Shown here: positions 29,801 through 39,000 of the stretch, in pieces
How the letters are laid out: each line of letters starts with the position of its first letter
How positions within the stretch are numbered: position 1 is the first letter of the stretch
Source of the DNA: Okamejei kenojei
Lineage: Eukaryota
Assembly: GCA_035221665.1 (NCBI GenBank)
Contig: CM069144.1
Span: forward strand, 39,680,001 to 39,744,000
DNA: 64,000 nt
Direction of reading: 5' to 3'
The notes under the pieces: model-generated
Databases searched by the model: none
Told to the model about the DNA's origin: nothing
Seen by the model: only the letters and a program-made list of their open reading frames with translations
Made by a program: the position numbers and the translations under genes

Positions 29801-32800
29801 GCTGGAATAACTCAGTGGGTCCAGCACATTGGGTATCTATTCTGAGATGTTCCTTGACCAACTGATTTAATCCAATACTTTTTTCTTTTTTTGTAGGGAA
29901 TTCACAGGTTTATGGCAAAGGCTATTTCCCCAGAGTAAAGTAGGGACACTGTCAAGATAGGAAGTTGGATGTTTTGGATTAAGTTGACCCATTTACTCAG
30001 TGCTATAGAACTTGGAAGCTCTATTCCATAGAGTTATGTTAGCTGTAGCTGATATTCAATAATAATATTATCACAAAAATAGAAAACAAATAGTAAAGTT
30101 ATTAACCCATGAAACTGAGGAACTCGGCAGACCGGCAACATCTGTGGTGGAAATGGATAGATGACATTTTGGGTCAGTACCTTTCTTGAGACTCAACGTC
30201 GTGTGACCATTTGCTTCACCAATCCTGTCTGACCCACTGAGTTCCTCCAGCACTTTGCAATGTGCTCAGATTTCAGCATCTGCAGTTCCTTGTGCCTCTT
30301 TGAAAATGGTAGAGCAGATTCTGGTTGTTTTTCTCTTAATCTTTATGTTCTAAAAAGAACAAAGTGGAAATAATGAGGAAAGTCTTTTGGCTGATTTTAG
30401 TTTGTTCCAATAATTTTAATCCTTGTGATCCCAGATGAGTTGTTTACCTGGGCTTGGGTACACCGAGTTAGGGATCATTGTCCAGGGATTGCTTAGGGTA
30501 ACACGCACCCTGGAAATAAACAGCAAGTGTAGACGGCACTAGTGTGGCCATTGAATGGATTTATAATCCCGTGCTGCTTTTAAAATATTTGTTTTCATTG
30601 TGGATTTTCAGGGAGGCCGGAAGAGGAATACCGACATCAGCTGGGTGGTTATGGTATATCAGGAGACCTGGCTGTGAGACCTGTCGCCAGTCTGTCGGGA
30701 GGACAGAAGAGCAGGGTGGCGTTTGCACAGATGACGATGCCCCGGTAATCATCCTGACTTTCCTGTCGATTTGCATGTCTTGTCTAGTTCGCTTCAGACT
30801 AAACTCCCAGTGCCTTTGCCTTAAACCAGAGAACTTGGCTGTGCTGCCCCGAATCAGGTCTGCCTTTGCCTCTGCTCTTATAAGCATCACTTCTTTGTTC
30901 AAGTTAAATGGGCATCTCGGAGGTACCACAAAGTGTGCTCATAAAACTCCCATATGCTTTTCCTTGCTCTCTTTTCCACTGCTGCCTTCCTTGGTCCAGA
31001 TCCTATACTACTAGTGACACCCAAGAGGAGTTTGCAAACAAAATAGCTTCTGACGCCTTTATTTTTCACTCAATAGTTGTCTTTTGCTGTGATCCTGTTT
31101 CTTCACGAATGTCATCCATATTTAATATTCTTCCAATGTATGCCATTTGGTCCATTAGCCAGCTCTCATGGCAATCTGATCAGTCCTATCCCCCTTATTT
31201 CCCTATAACACCTGCACTCTCTCATCTAATCATCAAACTCCTGTGATTCTCCTCCCATCACTTACAATAGGAATAATTTACAATAGCCAATTAACTCTCA
31301 TACTTGCACATTTTTAGGATTTGTGAGGAAACCAGAGAATCCAGAAGAAATCAACAATCAGAAAGATAATCTAGTAACTCTACACAGCACCTATGGTCAG
31401 GATCGACCCGGATGGGGGGGGTGCGGGTCTGTGAAGCAGCATCACTCACTCACTCTACTTCCCTGCATCATCATTGAGTAATATCCTATCCTAGTCTTAA
31501 TGTCAGCACTTCCCACACCTCCACTACATAAAGATCAAAAGGAGGGGGTTTTATTCCGGGTTCAAAGTGTGCAGCAGGCTGTTGTAACTGCTATCTTAAA
31601 GTATTGGCTGGCATTGACTCTGGTCATACCGGAACGATTCAAGCCCAGACGCTGCAACAGAGAGCACAACTATTCAACTCTGCCAGGGAGGTCATGGTAC
31701 AGTTTTATAAGACACTAGACCAAGTGCAGACCCGTTGGGTCTGCTCCTCCAACGCAAGATTCCACCACTCACCCGTTCCCCAAACTCAACCCGTTCCCCA
31801 AACTCAACCCGTTCCCCCAACGCAATATTGCACCACTCAAACATAGCCCCCAACTGTGCAGGCGTGGCTCATTTCTCCTCATCCCCCAGCATTCCCTCGT
31901 CGTCCTCTTCAATGCCTAGAGAGGGAGGGGGTTAGAGAGGGGGTAAAGGGGGAGGGAGGGGGTAGAGAGGGATGGAGGGGGGCAGAGAGGGAAGTAGAGA
32001 GAGAGGGGAGGAGGGGGGTAGAGAGGGAGTGTGGGGGGGGAGGGTAGAGGCGGATGGGGGGGTAGTGAGGGTGTGAGTGAGGATAGATAGGGAGGGTGTA
32101 GAGAGTGGGAGGTAGGGGGCGAGATTGGGATTTTATGTGATAGACCAACACAAAGTGGCGCATAATTGTGAAGTGGAAGGAAAATGATACATGGTTTTCA
32201 AATTTTCTTTACAAATAAAAAACTGAAAAGTGTGGCGTGCAAAAGTATTCAGCCCCCTAAATAAAATCCAGTGCAACCAATTGTCTTCAGAAGTCCCCTA
32301 ATTAGTAAATAGAGTCCACTTGTGTGTAATCTAATCTCAGTATAAATACAGCTGTTCTGTGAAGGCCTCAGAGGTTTGTTAGAGAACATTAGTGAACAAA
32401 CAGCATCATGAAGCCCAAGGAACACACCAGACAGGTCAGGGATAAAGTTGTGGAGAAGTTTAAAGCAGGGTTAGGTTAGAAAAAAATATCCCAAGCTTTG
32501 GAAAATGGAAAGAGTATGGCACAACTGCAAACCTACTAAGACATGGCCGTGCACCTAAACTGACAGGCCGGGCAAGGAGAGCATTGATCAGAGGAGCAGC
32601 CAAGAGGCCCATGGTAACTCTGGAGGAGCTGCAGAGATCCACAACTCAGGTGGGAGAATCTGTCCACAGGACAACTATTAGTCGTGCACCCCACAAATCA
32701 GGCCTTTATGCAAGAGTGGCAAGAAGAAAGCCATTGTTGAAACAAAGCCATAAGAAGTTCTGTTTGCAGTTTGCCACAAGCCATGTGGGGGACACAGCAA

Positions 32801-35389
32801 ACATGTGGAGGAAGGTGCTCTGGTCTGATGAGACCAAAATTGAAGTTTTTGGCCTAAATGCAAAACGCTATGTGTGGCAGAAAACTAACACTGCACATCA
32901 CCCTGAACACACCATCCCCACTGTGAAACATGGTGGTGACAGCATCATGCTGTGGGGATGCTTTTCTTCAGCAGGGACAGGGAAGCTGGTCAGAGTTGAT
33001 GGGAAGATGGATGGAGCCAAATACAGGGCAATCTTGGAAGAAAACCTGTTAGAGTCTGCAACCGACTTGAGACTGGGGCAGAGGTTCACCTTCCAGCAGG
33101 ACAATGACCCAAAACATACAGCCAGAGTTACAATGGAATGGTTTAGATCAAAGCATATTCATGTGTTAGAATGGCCCAGTCAAAGTCCAGACCTAAATCC
33201 AATTGAGAATCTCTGGCAAGACTTGAAAATTGCTGTTCACAGACGCTCTCCATCCAATCTGACTGAGCTCGAGCTATTTTGCAAATAAGAATGGGCAAAA
33301 ATTTCAGTCTCTAGATGTGCAAAGCTCGTAGAGACATACCCCAAAAGACTTGCAGCGGTAATTGCGGCGAAAGGTGGTTCTACAAAGTATTGACTCAGCG
33401 GGGCTGAATACTTTTGCACCCCACACTTTTCAGTTTTTTATTTGTAATAAAATTTGGAAACCATGTATCATTTTCCTTCCTCTTCACAATTATGCACCAC
33501 TTTGTGTTGGTCTATCACATAAAATCCCAATATAATACATTTACGTTTGTGGCTGTAACGTGACAAAATGTGGAAAAGTTCAAGGGGTATGTATACTTTT
33601 GCAAGACACTATAAGAGATAATTGGACAGGTACAGGTTTAGAGGGTAATTGCCCATCGTGGACAGGTGGGACTAGTGTGGATGGTGCATATTGGTTGGCA
33701 TGGGCAAACTCGGCCAAAGGGCCTCTTTCCACGCTGTACGACTAAGTACATATTCAAATTTTGCCAGCTCAAGTGGTCCTCTCTCACCCTGTATTCACTT
33801 TAATGGTTTGGTGTCTACATCAGCTGCTGACAGCTGGGCAAAATCTGAACAGATGTAGTAGATTAAATCAGTTAAAGAACCAGGTTCTTTGGGCCAACTC
33901 ATCCATGCTGACCAAGGTCTGTATTTTTCAATCGTGAAGTTCCACCAGAATTACTGGCTTACCCCAGCTCTCCCTACATTTCTGTACAGTATGTGATGTG
34001 ATTTTTGTCTTGCTGCTTATCACAATGTTTATTTTTTAAATCACTTAATAAGTAATGTGTTGTGCTTTAATCTGCAGACCCAATTTCTATATATTGGATG
34101 AACCGACCAACCATCTGGACATGGAGACTATTGAGGCATTGGGAATATCATTACAGAAGTTTAAGGTAAAATATTTGGGGGGAGAGTGGGGGATTTTCAT
34201 AAATGTGATTGAAGTATGAAGTGAATGCTCTAATTAGGACCAGAATAGTCTCCTTGTGTGCTGATTTCCTTGTTTGTCAAGCATACATTACTGACCTACA
34301 ATGGGGGATGTTATTCTGTACTTTTCTAAGCCAGATATCTGCATTAGCAAAAAACGCCTGCAACACAATTCAACTATCTTGCACGCTTTCAATTTTGTCT
34401 TGGATGGTTTGCCATCTAAAATTTCCTTTAATCGCTGAAGGTGTTCCCACCGTGCTGTTAAGAAGTGCCAGAATTTTGACCCAGCGAAGGAACAGCTGTG
34501 AATTTGTCAGGATGTTGTGCATATTGGAGGGGAACCTGGAGGTGTTCATATACTTGCTGTCCTTGCCATTTTGACAAGTTGTACCAGTCAGTAACTGAGA
34601 TTTGTACACATTCCCTCTTCTCTCACCACTTGACTGACAATTGCCATAAAGGGTAAAAGTTCAACTGCATAGAAAATAGGAGTAGGCCATTCGACCCTTC
34701 GAGCCTGCACCGCCATTCAATATGATCATGGCTGATCATCCAACTCTGTATCCTGTACCTGCATTCTCTCCATACCCCCTGATCTCTCTAGCCACAAGGG
34801 CCACATCCAACTCCCTCTTAAATATAGCCAATGAACTGGCCTCAACTACCTTCTGTGGCAGAGAATTCCAGAGACTCACCACTCTGTGTGAAACATGGAG
34901 GTCATCGATTTGTTGCTTATTTTGGAAATGCAGTTAACAAATTCTGACTCATTATAGATTAATTTGCAAAATGGAAGTGGCAAAATTCCTACAGCATTTA
35001 GTATTAGTATTTAGTATTAAACATTGCTGAGCAAGATCCTGCAAGTCCTAGTGTGATACTGAGCATGCACAAATTGGCTTTGGCTCCTACACCTCAGGCA
35101 CTTTTCATAGCACTGTTCTGGTAATGATGTTTAACCAGTAAATGTTTGTATTTATCCACAACTGTGTGTGTGTGTGTGTTCGTTCGACGTGTACAGTTGT
35201 AGTTGCTGCACTAACACTGTGCTCTGGCAGGGTGGAGTAATACTGGTGTCCCATGACGAGCGGCTGATTCGCATGGTGTGCAGGGAGCTGTGGGTGTGTG
35301 GCTGCGGCACCGTGAAGCGAGTGGATGGAGGATTCGACGAGTACAAGGACATCCTCCAGGAACAGTTCCGTAGGGAGGGATTTCTATGA
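2767..35389 (+). CDS. ABCF3: ABCF3 (ATP-binding cassette subfamily F member 3, GCN20 homologue), 3' 16 coding exons; 5' exons lie upstream of the window
   Basis: Exons 2767-2889, 4399-4665, 5281-5361, 8524-8583, 9268-9324, 12696-12718, 14092-14147, 17512-17712, 19307-19383, 21472-21516, 24641-24773, 25922-26010, 28167-28258, 30612-30744, 34078-34165, 35231-35389. All have AG/GT boundaries and compatible phases, giving one frame of 560 aa. Two ABC domains: [31 protein letters not shown] and [32 protein letters not shown]. Ends [10 protein letters not shown], as I recall for human ABCF3. Confidence 0.97.
4399..4665 (+). CDS. ABCF3: ABCF3 exon, Walker A of ABC1 ([16 protein letters not shown])
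   Basis: tgcag| acceptor, |gtaagt donor. Confidence 0.96.
5281..5361 (+). CDS. ABCF3: ABCF3 exon ([17 protein letters not shown])
   Basis: ttccag| acceptor, |gtatgt donor. Confidence 0.95.
6061..7246 (-). mobile_element. 5'-truncated L2-clade LINE nested in an older CR1 fragment
   Basis: [10 protein letters not shown] motif, LDYCNSL and [19 protein letters not shown]; (TGACT)n tail at 6061-6076; candidate TSD cctttaa at 6056-6062 and 7247-7253. Confidence 0.92.
8524..8583 (+). CDS. ABCF3: ABCF3 exon ([20 protein letters not shown])
   Basis: ttttag| acceptor, |gtaaga donor. Confidence 0.95.
   Translation, partial: GFGCSSRFGIQLQNAETND
9268..9324 (+). CDS. ABCF3: ABCF3 exon, ABC signature ([18 protein letters not shown])
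   Basis: ttcag| acceptor, |gtaagt donor. Confidence 0.95.
9345..9890 (-). mobile_element. Degraded non-LTR retroelement 3' fragment (similar piece at ~1640-2095); clade uncertain
   Basis: Shares the tttattgtca..., gttcctgaa.ctggt... and tccacaactct blocks with 1640-2095. Confidence 0.5.
12696..12718 (+). CDS. ABCF3: ABCF3 23-nt micro-exon, Walker B (PDLLLLD)
   Basis: cgcag| acceptor, |gtaagt donor; fills exactly the gap between the flanking exons. Confidence 0.93.
13781..14072 (+). mobile_element. tRNA-derived SINE (HE1-like) with CR1-type tail
   Basis: tRNA-like head gtgatagagctgctgcctcacagcaccagagaccctggtttgatcctg, conserved core, tail tatctctaaactaaa. Confidence 0.85.
14092..14147 (+). 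CDS. ABCF3: ABCF3 exon ([19 protein letters not shown])
   Basis: ctcag| acceptor, |gtgagc donor. Confidence 0.95.
14669..16256 (+). mobile_element. Full-length Tc1 DD34E DNA transposon (IR/DR type) with frameshifted transposase (15041-16038)
   Basis: TA|CAGTGGCTTGCAAAAGTATTCA ... TGAATACTTTTGCAAGCCACTG|TA; ~210-bp TIRs with internal direct repeats; QQDND and [12 protein letters not shown] motifs. Confidence 0.96.
16615..16988. mobile_element. Tc1/mariner (pogo/Tigger-like) MITE
   Basis: TA|CAGGTCTACCAC...ATGGTGGACCTG|TA, with ~30-bp imperfect TIRs. Confidence 0.75.
17512..17712 (+). CDS. ABCF3: ABCF3 exon ([16 protein letters not shown]...REHIQ)
   Basis: ctcag| acceptor, |gtaaat donor. Confidence 0.96.
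18165..18432 (+). mobile_element. HE1-like SINE inserted in a CR1 remnant (17790-18900)
   Basis: Same head, core and tail as 13781-14072. Confidence 0.8.
19307..19383 (+). CDS. ABCF3: ABCF3 exon ([25 protein letters not shown])
   Basis: tttag| acceptor, |gtaagt donor. Confidence 0.95.
19572..19845 (-). mobile_element. HE1-like SINE
   Basis: Reverse complement of the SINE above. Confidence 0.78.
20198..20415. mobile_element. Penelope-derived foldback repeat with a degenerate hammerhead core; similar copies at ~26860, 30110-30300, 51340-51440, 56270, 56590-57050 and 62150-62500
   Basis: Long inverted arms (acaaagtgctgga.taactcag ... ctgagttact.cagcactttgt) around gaagaagg...gacccgaaacgtcacc. 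Confidence 0.65.
21014..21057 (+). repeat. 15-bp tandem repeat x3 (tggtaaaccagaatt)
   Basis: Read directly. Confidence 0.9.
21472..21516 (+). CDS. ABCF3: ABCF3 exon ([15 protein letters not shown])
   Basis: cccag| acceptor, |gtaaga donor. Confidence 0.93.
22725..23630 (+). mobile_element. Old CR1 ORF2 fragment (endonuclease and linker)
   Basis: [13 protein letters not shown] and PDQIHPRIL motifs; many disablements. Confidence 0.75.
23745..24528 (+). mobile_element. Young 5'-truncated CR1 LINE (ORF2 C-terminus plus 3'UTR)
   Basis: 176-aa open frame [32 protein letters not shown]; (TCTATGTT)n tail. Confidence 0.93.
24641..24773 (+). CDS. ABCF3: ABCF3 exon ([14 protein letters not shown]...SRICI)
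   Basis: ctcag| acceptor, |gtacgt donor. Confidence 0.94.
25922..26010 (+). CDS. ABCF3: ABCF3 exon, Walker A of ABC2 ([10 protein letters not shown])
   Basis: tacag| acceptor, |gtacaa donor. Confidence 0.95.
27105..27375 (-). mobile_element. HE1-like SINE
   Basis: Reverse complement of the SINE consensus. Confidence 0.72.
28167..28258 (+). CDS. ABCF3: ABCF3 exon ([15 protein letters not shown]...KFP)
   Basis: aacag| acceptor, |gtaatt donor. Confidence 0.95.
29010..29320 (-). mobile_element. HE1-like SINE
   Basis: Reverse complement of the SINE consensus. Confidence 0.75.
30612..30744 (+). CDS. ABCF3: ABCF3 exon ([12 protein letters not shown]...[17 protein letters not shown])
   Basis: ttcag| acceptor, |gtaatc donor. 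Confidence 0.95.
31715..32123 (-). mobile_element. Non-autonomous Helitron-like element, 3' terminus
   Basis: Minus strand reads GCAGACCC-AAC-GGGTCTGC hairpin, ACTTGGT, then CTAG followed by host T. Internally it has an ~18-bp tandem repeat (aactcaacccgttcccca) and a GA-rich tract. Confidence 0.7.
32124..33611 (+). mobile_element. Second copy of the same Tc1 family, left TIR truncated
   Basis: Highly similar to 14669-16256. ORF 32584-33288 carries WSDE, QDND and a 34-residue D-E spacing. Premature stops at ~32478 and 33286. Confidence 0.95.
34078..34165 (+). CDS. ABCF3: ABCF3 exon ([22 protein letters not shown])
   Basis: tgcag| acceptor, |gtaaaa donor. Confidence 0.95.
34668..34892 (-). 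mobile_element. CR1 3'UTR fragment of the same young family
   Basis: Reverse complement of the 24290-24520 sequence. Confidence 0.85.
35231..35389 (+). CDS. ABCF3: ABCF3 last coding exon ([10 protein letters not shown]...RREGFL*)
   Basis: ggcag| acceptor, TGA stop at 35387-35389. Confidence 0.96.
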   Translation, partial: GGVILVSHDERLIRMVCRELWVCGCGTVKRVDGGFDEYKDILQEQFRREGFL

Positions 35390-36042
35390 GGCCCTGCTCT
35401 TTCATGTGACCCCCCCCCCCATTGCAATCCAGACATCCAGGACTTGCTGCTTTCAGTGGGCAAGAGTGACAATGGCACACTATAATCACCTCTCATTTTG
35501 TTTTCATTTTTACAACCTGGCCTTGCCCACATCCCCCAATGTTTGATCCAGGGACAATGAACTCTGGTGTAAATTAAATCAAGCACCATCACCACGTAAA
35601 GACAAACCAATCAGTGGATAATTTTCAGCAATGGTTGGAGTTCAATGCAATAACCCATTGTTATTTAATGTAATTAATTACTAATAGTCCCCTTGCCTGT
35701 TTCTCAACATGCAGTCACCGTCAGTGAGAGTTGTTAACTAATACATCTGTGCTGATTTTGAAAAAGGCCCAAGTAGACGGTGTGAATAAGTGTTAATGGC
35801 AGCTGCAGTTGTTTCTCAGTGAGTGAGGAGATGACAGAACCTGCTTTCAGGTCCACCCTCAATTGCTGCTATTTCCCCTTTACTCAGTGCAGGCTGATTG
35901 TCCCAGCAATGTCACTGGAACTTGCAGCTGAGGCTGTTTTGAGCCAGGCATTGGACAAGGATGTCATTGGGTCTCCAGGTCCTGCTGCCTTGGGATTGGT
36001 GTGGACTACTACATTGCACAAACTCTCAAAATGAGTAACATG

Positions 36043-36048
36043 AATAAA
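36043..36048 (+). terminator. Probable ABCF3 polyadenylation signal AATAAA
   Basis: Canonical hexamer ~650 nt after the stop, followed by T/GT-rich sequence. Confidence 0.65.
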
Positions 36049-36064
36049 TCATTTGACAACCATA

Positions 36065-39000
36065 AATGTTTTCAAAAATGTACTTTAATGCTTTAAAAAA
36101 AAAATTCATTGTCCTCTCCTCCACACCATCAAAACCCTTCTGTGAGGTACAACTGTCTCCTCACTACAATGAAGAAACCCACCCAGAAGAATGATCTTTG
36201 CCTCAGCACTATAATGCATATGGTCTCTTCTAAAACCTTAGTAAGGAACTGACCTGTGCATGCATCTTGAAATTGAGGGGTTGGACAACACTTAACTGGG
36301 GAATGATTATATGGAGTCTTCATGGAGTTCTTGTGAATGCAGCCCAAAACAGGTGGCAAACCTCATCCAATGCCAAAATCTTGAATGAGACCGATAGTCA
36401 ACAAATACTGTAAGGGGAAGTTGAAAATAACTTTTCCTACCCTGGGAAATGTCCATGACTGTCCACCTTATCTATGCCACTCCAGGGAAAGACCCAGCCT
36501 CTCTAACCCTTCAGAACTAGTAACATTCTCATACTATTTTTGCATTCTTTACGGAAGCATCCTTTTAGCAGGGTGACCAGAACTGTACACCAATTGTGGC
36601 CTTACCAACATCATGTACAGCTATAACTTACCATCTCCTGCACACAATACTGAACAATGAAGGCAAGCATGTGAAATATCATTACCACAGTCCACATGTG
36701 GTGACACCTTCATGGAACTATGTACCTAAATCCCTAGGTCTGTTTTACGACTTCTGAGGGGCACTACATTTCTGCCCTGGTTTATCCTACCAAAATGCAA
36801 TACCTCACATTTATCAAACTCAGTCTGTCAATCCTCAGCCCATTGGCCCAGTTGATCAAGATGGTGTTATGATTGTAGATATCATTCATCATTTACTTTA
36901 TCACCAATATTAATGCCATCCTACATTCACATCCAAATCATGAATATAAACAAACAGTGGACCCTGCACTGATCCCAAAGGTACTCCACTTGGTTGTGTC
37001 TGAACATCTCTCATGACCCTTTCCTCCCTTCAAGCCAATTTTGTATTCAATTGGCTAGCTCACCTGGATCCCATGTGATCCAACCTTCCAAACCAATGTA
37101 CATAATCCATGCAGAACATAGTCAAAGGCCATGGTAAAGTCAATGTAGGTAATATTTCTCAATCTTCGTGATGATCTCTTCAAAACCTGTGTACTTCAAG
37201 TCTCCTGTCTGCGTATGGTTACGGAGGGAATGCTGGAAAGCTGCTCAAAGCACGAGGCAACCAAGCAATAGACCGATTCATCATTATATGATATCTGCAT
37301 CCATGGTCTTTTTTAGCAAAAGTTGTGACCAAGGACCCATGGAGTTTGGACTCTCCACCCACTGTTCTGCACAACCAGAGACGTCAAGGCTGAAACAGTT
37401 TCAGATTCAATTAGTCTGATCATGACATTTACCTATATGCAAGAACGTCCTTCAAGCTATTGGAACTCAAATTAGGAGATGAGCCACCCAGCACACTGAA
37501 ATTTGTAACAATTTTAAAAAATTCAAGTCAGGACATATGTTTGGAAGTGACTCGAGGTCACCCTGGCCTGAATGTAAATGAACAGGGGATTTATGTGGTC
37601 TGCCCATTCAGAATCACGCATCACTATGAAAATTTCAATGAGCATTGAAAACCCGAGTCACAAAAGCCTTAAATCACTAAAAAAAGGACAGTAGACTGAT
37701 GAAAGTAAAAATGCTCCATTAACTTCTGGAATTCTTTGGGGTTAGCAAAGAAAGTGACAGCAATTGTAGCAGATTTCAGAAATTAGGTTTTTATTTTAAA
37801 TAAAGGATTCAGAAATGTTGATAAAGATTGTCCTAGAAACAGAAAATAGTAGGCCATTTGGCCCTTCGAGCCAGCACGGCCATTCAATATGATCATGGCT
37901 GATCGTCCAAAATCAGTACCTCGTTCCTGCTTTCTCCCCATATCCTGTGATTTTGTTAGCCCGAAGAGCTATATTTGACTCTCATGAAAACATCCAGTGA
38001 ATTGGCCTCCACTGCCTTCAAACCTCTGTAATAAGTAACAATGCTAACATGCAAGGCTGCAGATAATTAGGAAGGAATGTGTTGGCTTTCATTGCAAGAG
38101 AATGAGTACAAATGAAAAATGCAATCATACAGGACATGGGCAAGAACACATCTGATTTAGGTACAACTATCTTTGGGTACAAATCGGGATCTTACTAAAA
38201 GGGGACAAATTTGATCTCGAAAGAGAGCAGGAAATATCTACGTTTTCTTTATAATTAGTAGGAAGAATCTTAAGTTTGGGAGGAGAGGTGACTAAGTTTG
38301 AGGGCTCAATAGGATAGACATGAGAAATATTTGAGGGGCTAGGTCATCTGAAACTTGGAGGGGGGCTGGGGAAGAAATTCAATATAAAAGGCTGAAATTT
38401 GAAATCTTAGGATGCAATTATACTGTCATGGGTGAGAAATTTACCCCAAGAAAGCCAAGAGTTTCAGTAACATGAATTCAATATAGATTGAGAGATTTTG
38501 GATAGCAGAGGAATCAAAGAAATTATTTAAGGGTCAGATTATAATAATGAAAGACCATTTGACCCTTGAAATCTCTGCCATTCAATATAATGCCCAAGCC
38601 CTCATCTCACAGTACAGCTGGATGCCTTGTCTGAAATGCAAGAACATATTACTGTATTCTGAGCTGAACACCACAGCCTCTTGGAATCGTCCAAATCATA
38701 AATCCATGATAAAACATCAACTCCGTCCTCCGTCCACTCCACGTTTCCTGGCAATTCACAATCTCAAATAGGCAAGACTGTAACCCCAAGTGTCTTAGTT
38801 GGGCCATTGTGACCCTTACTGACACACTGTTCACTCAATTATGGAGCCACGGGACAACGATCAATTTAGTAAAGCAAGGTGAGTGCGTGTAGAAATATGC
38901 CTTGTACGGCAATGTGTTGCACATTACACTTGTTGCACTTCCAAAATTCATGGAGCTCAAGTAAGTAATCACAATGAACATAGCAGCAGGGATTGTACGG

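Noticed and set aside
38845-38878. U5 snRNA-like fragment on the minus strand (ttactaaa...ccgtgg)
   Set aside because: The conserved loop I sequence is incomplete and there is no Sm site or snRNA promoter.
38914-38938. miR-32-like string tgttgcacattac...ttgca
   Set aside because: The seed differs and there is no complementary 3' arm to form a pre-miRNA.
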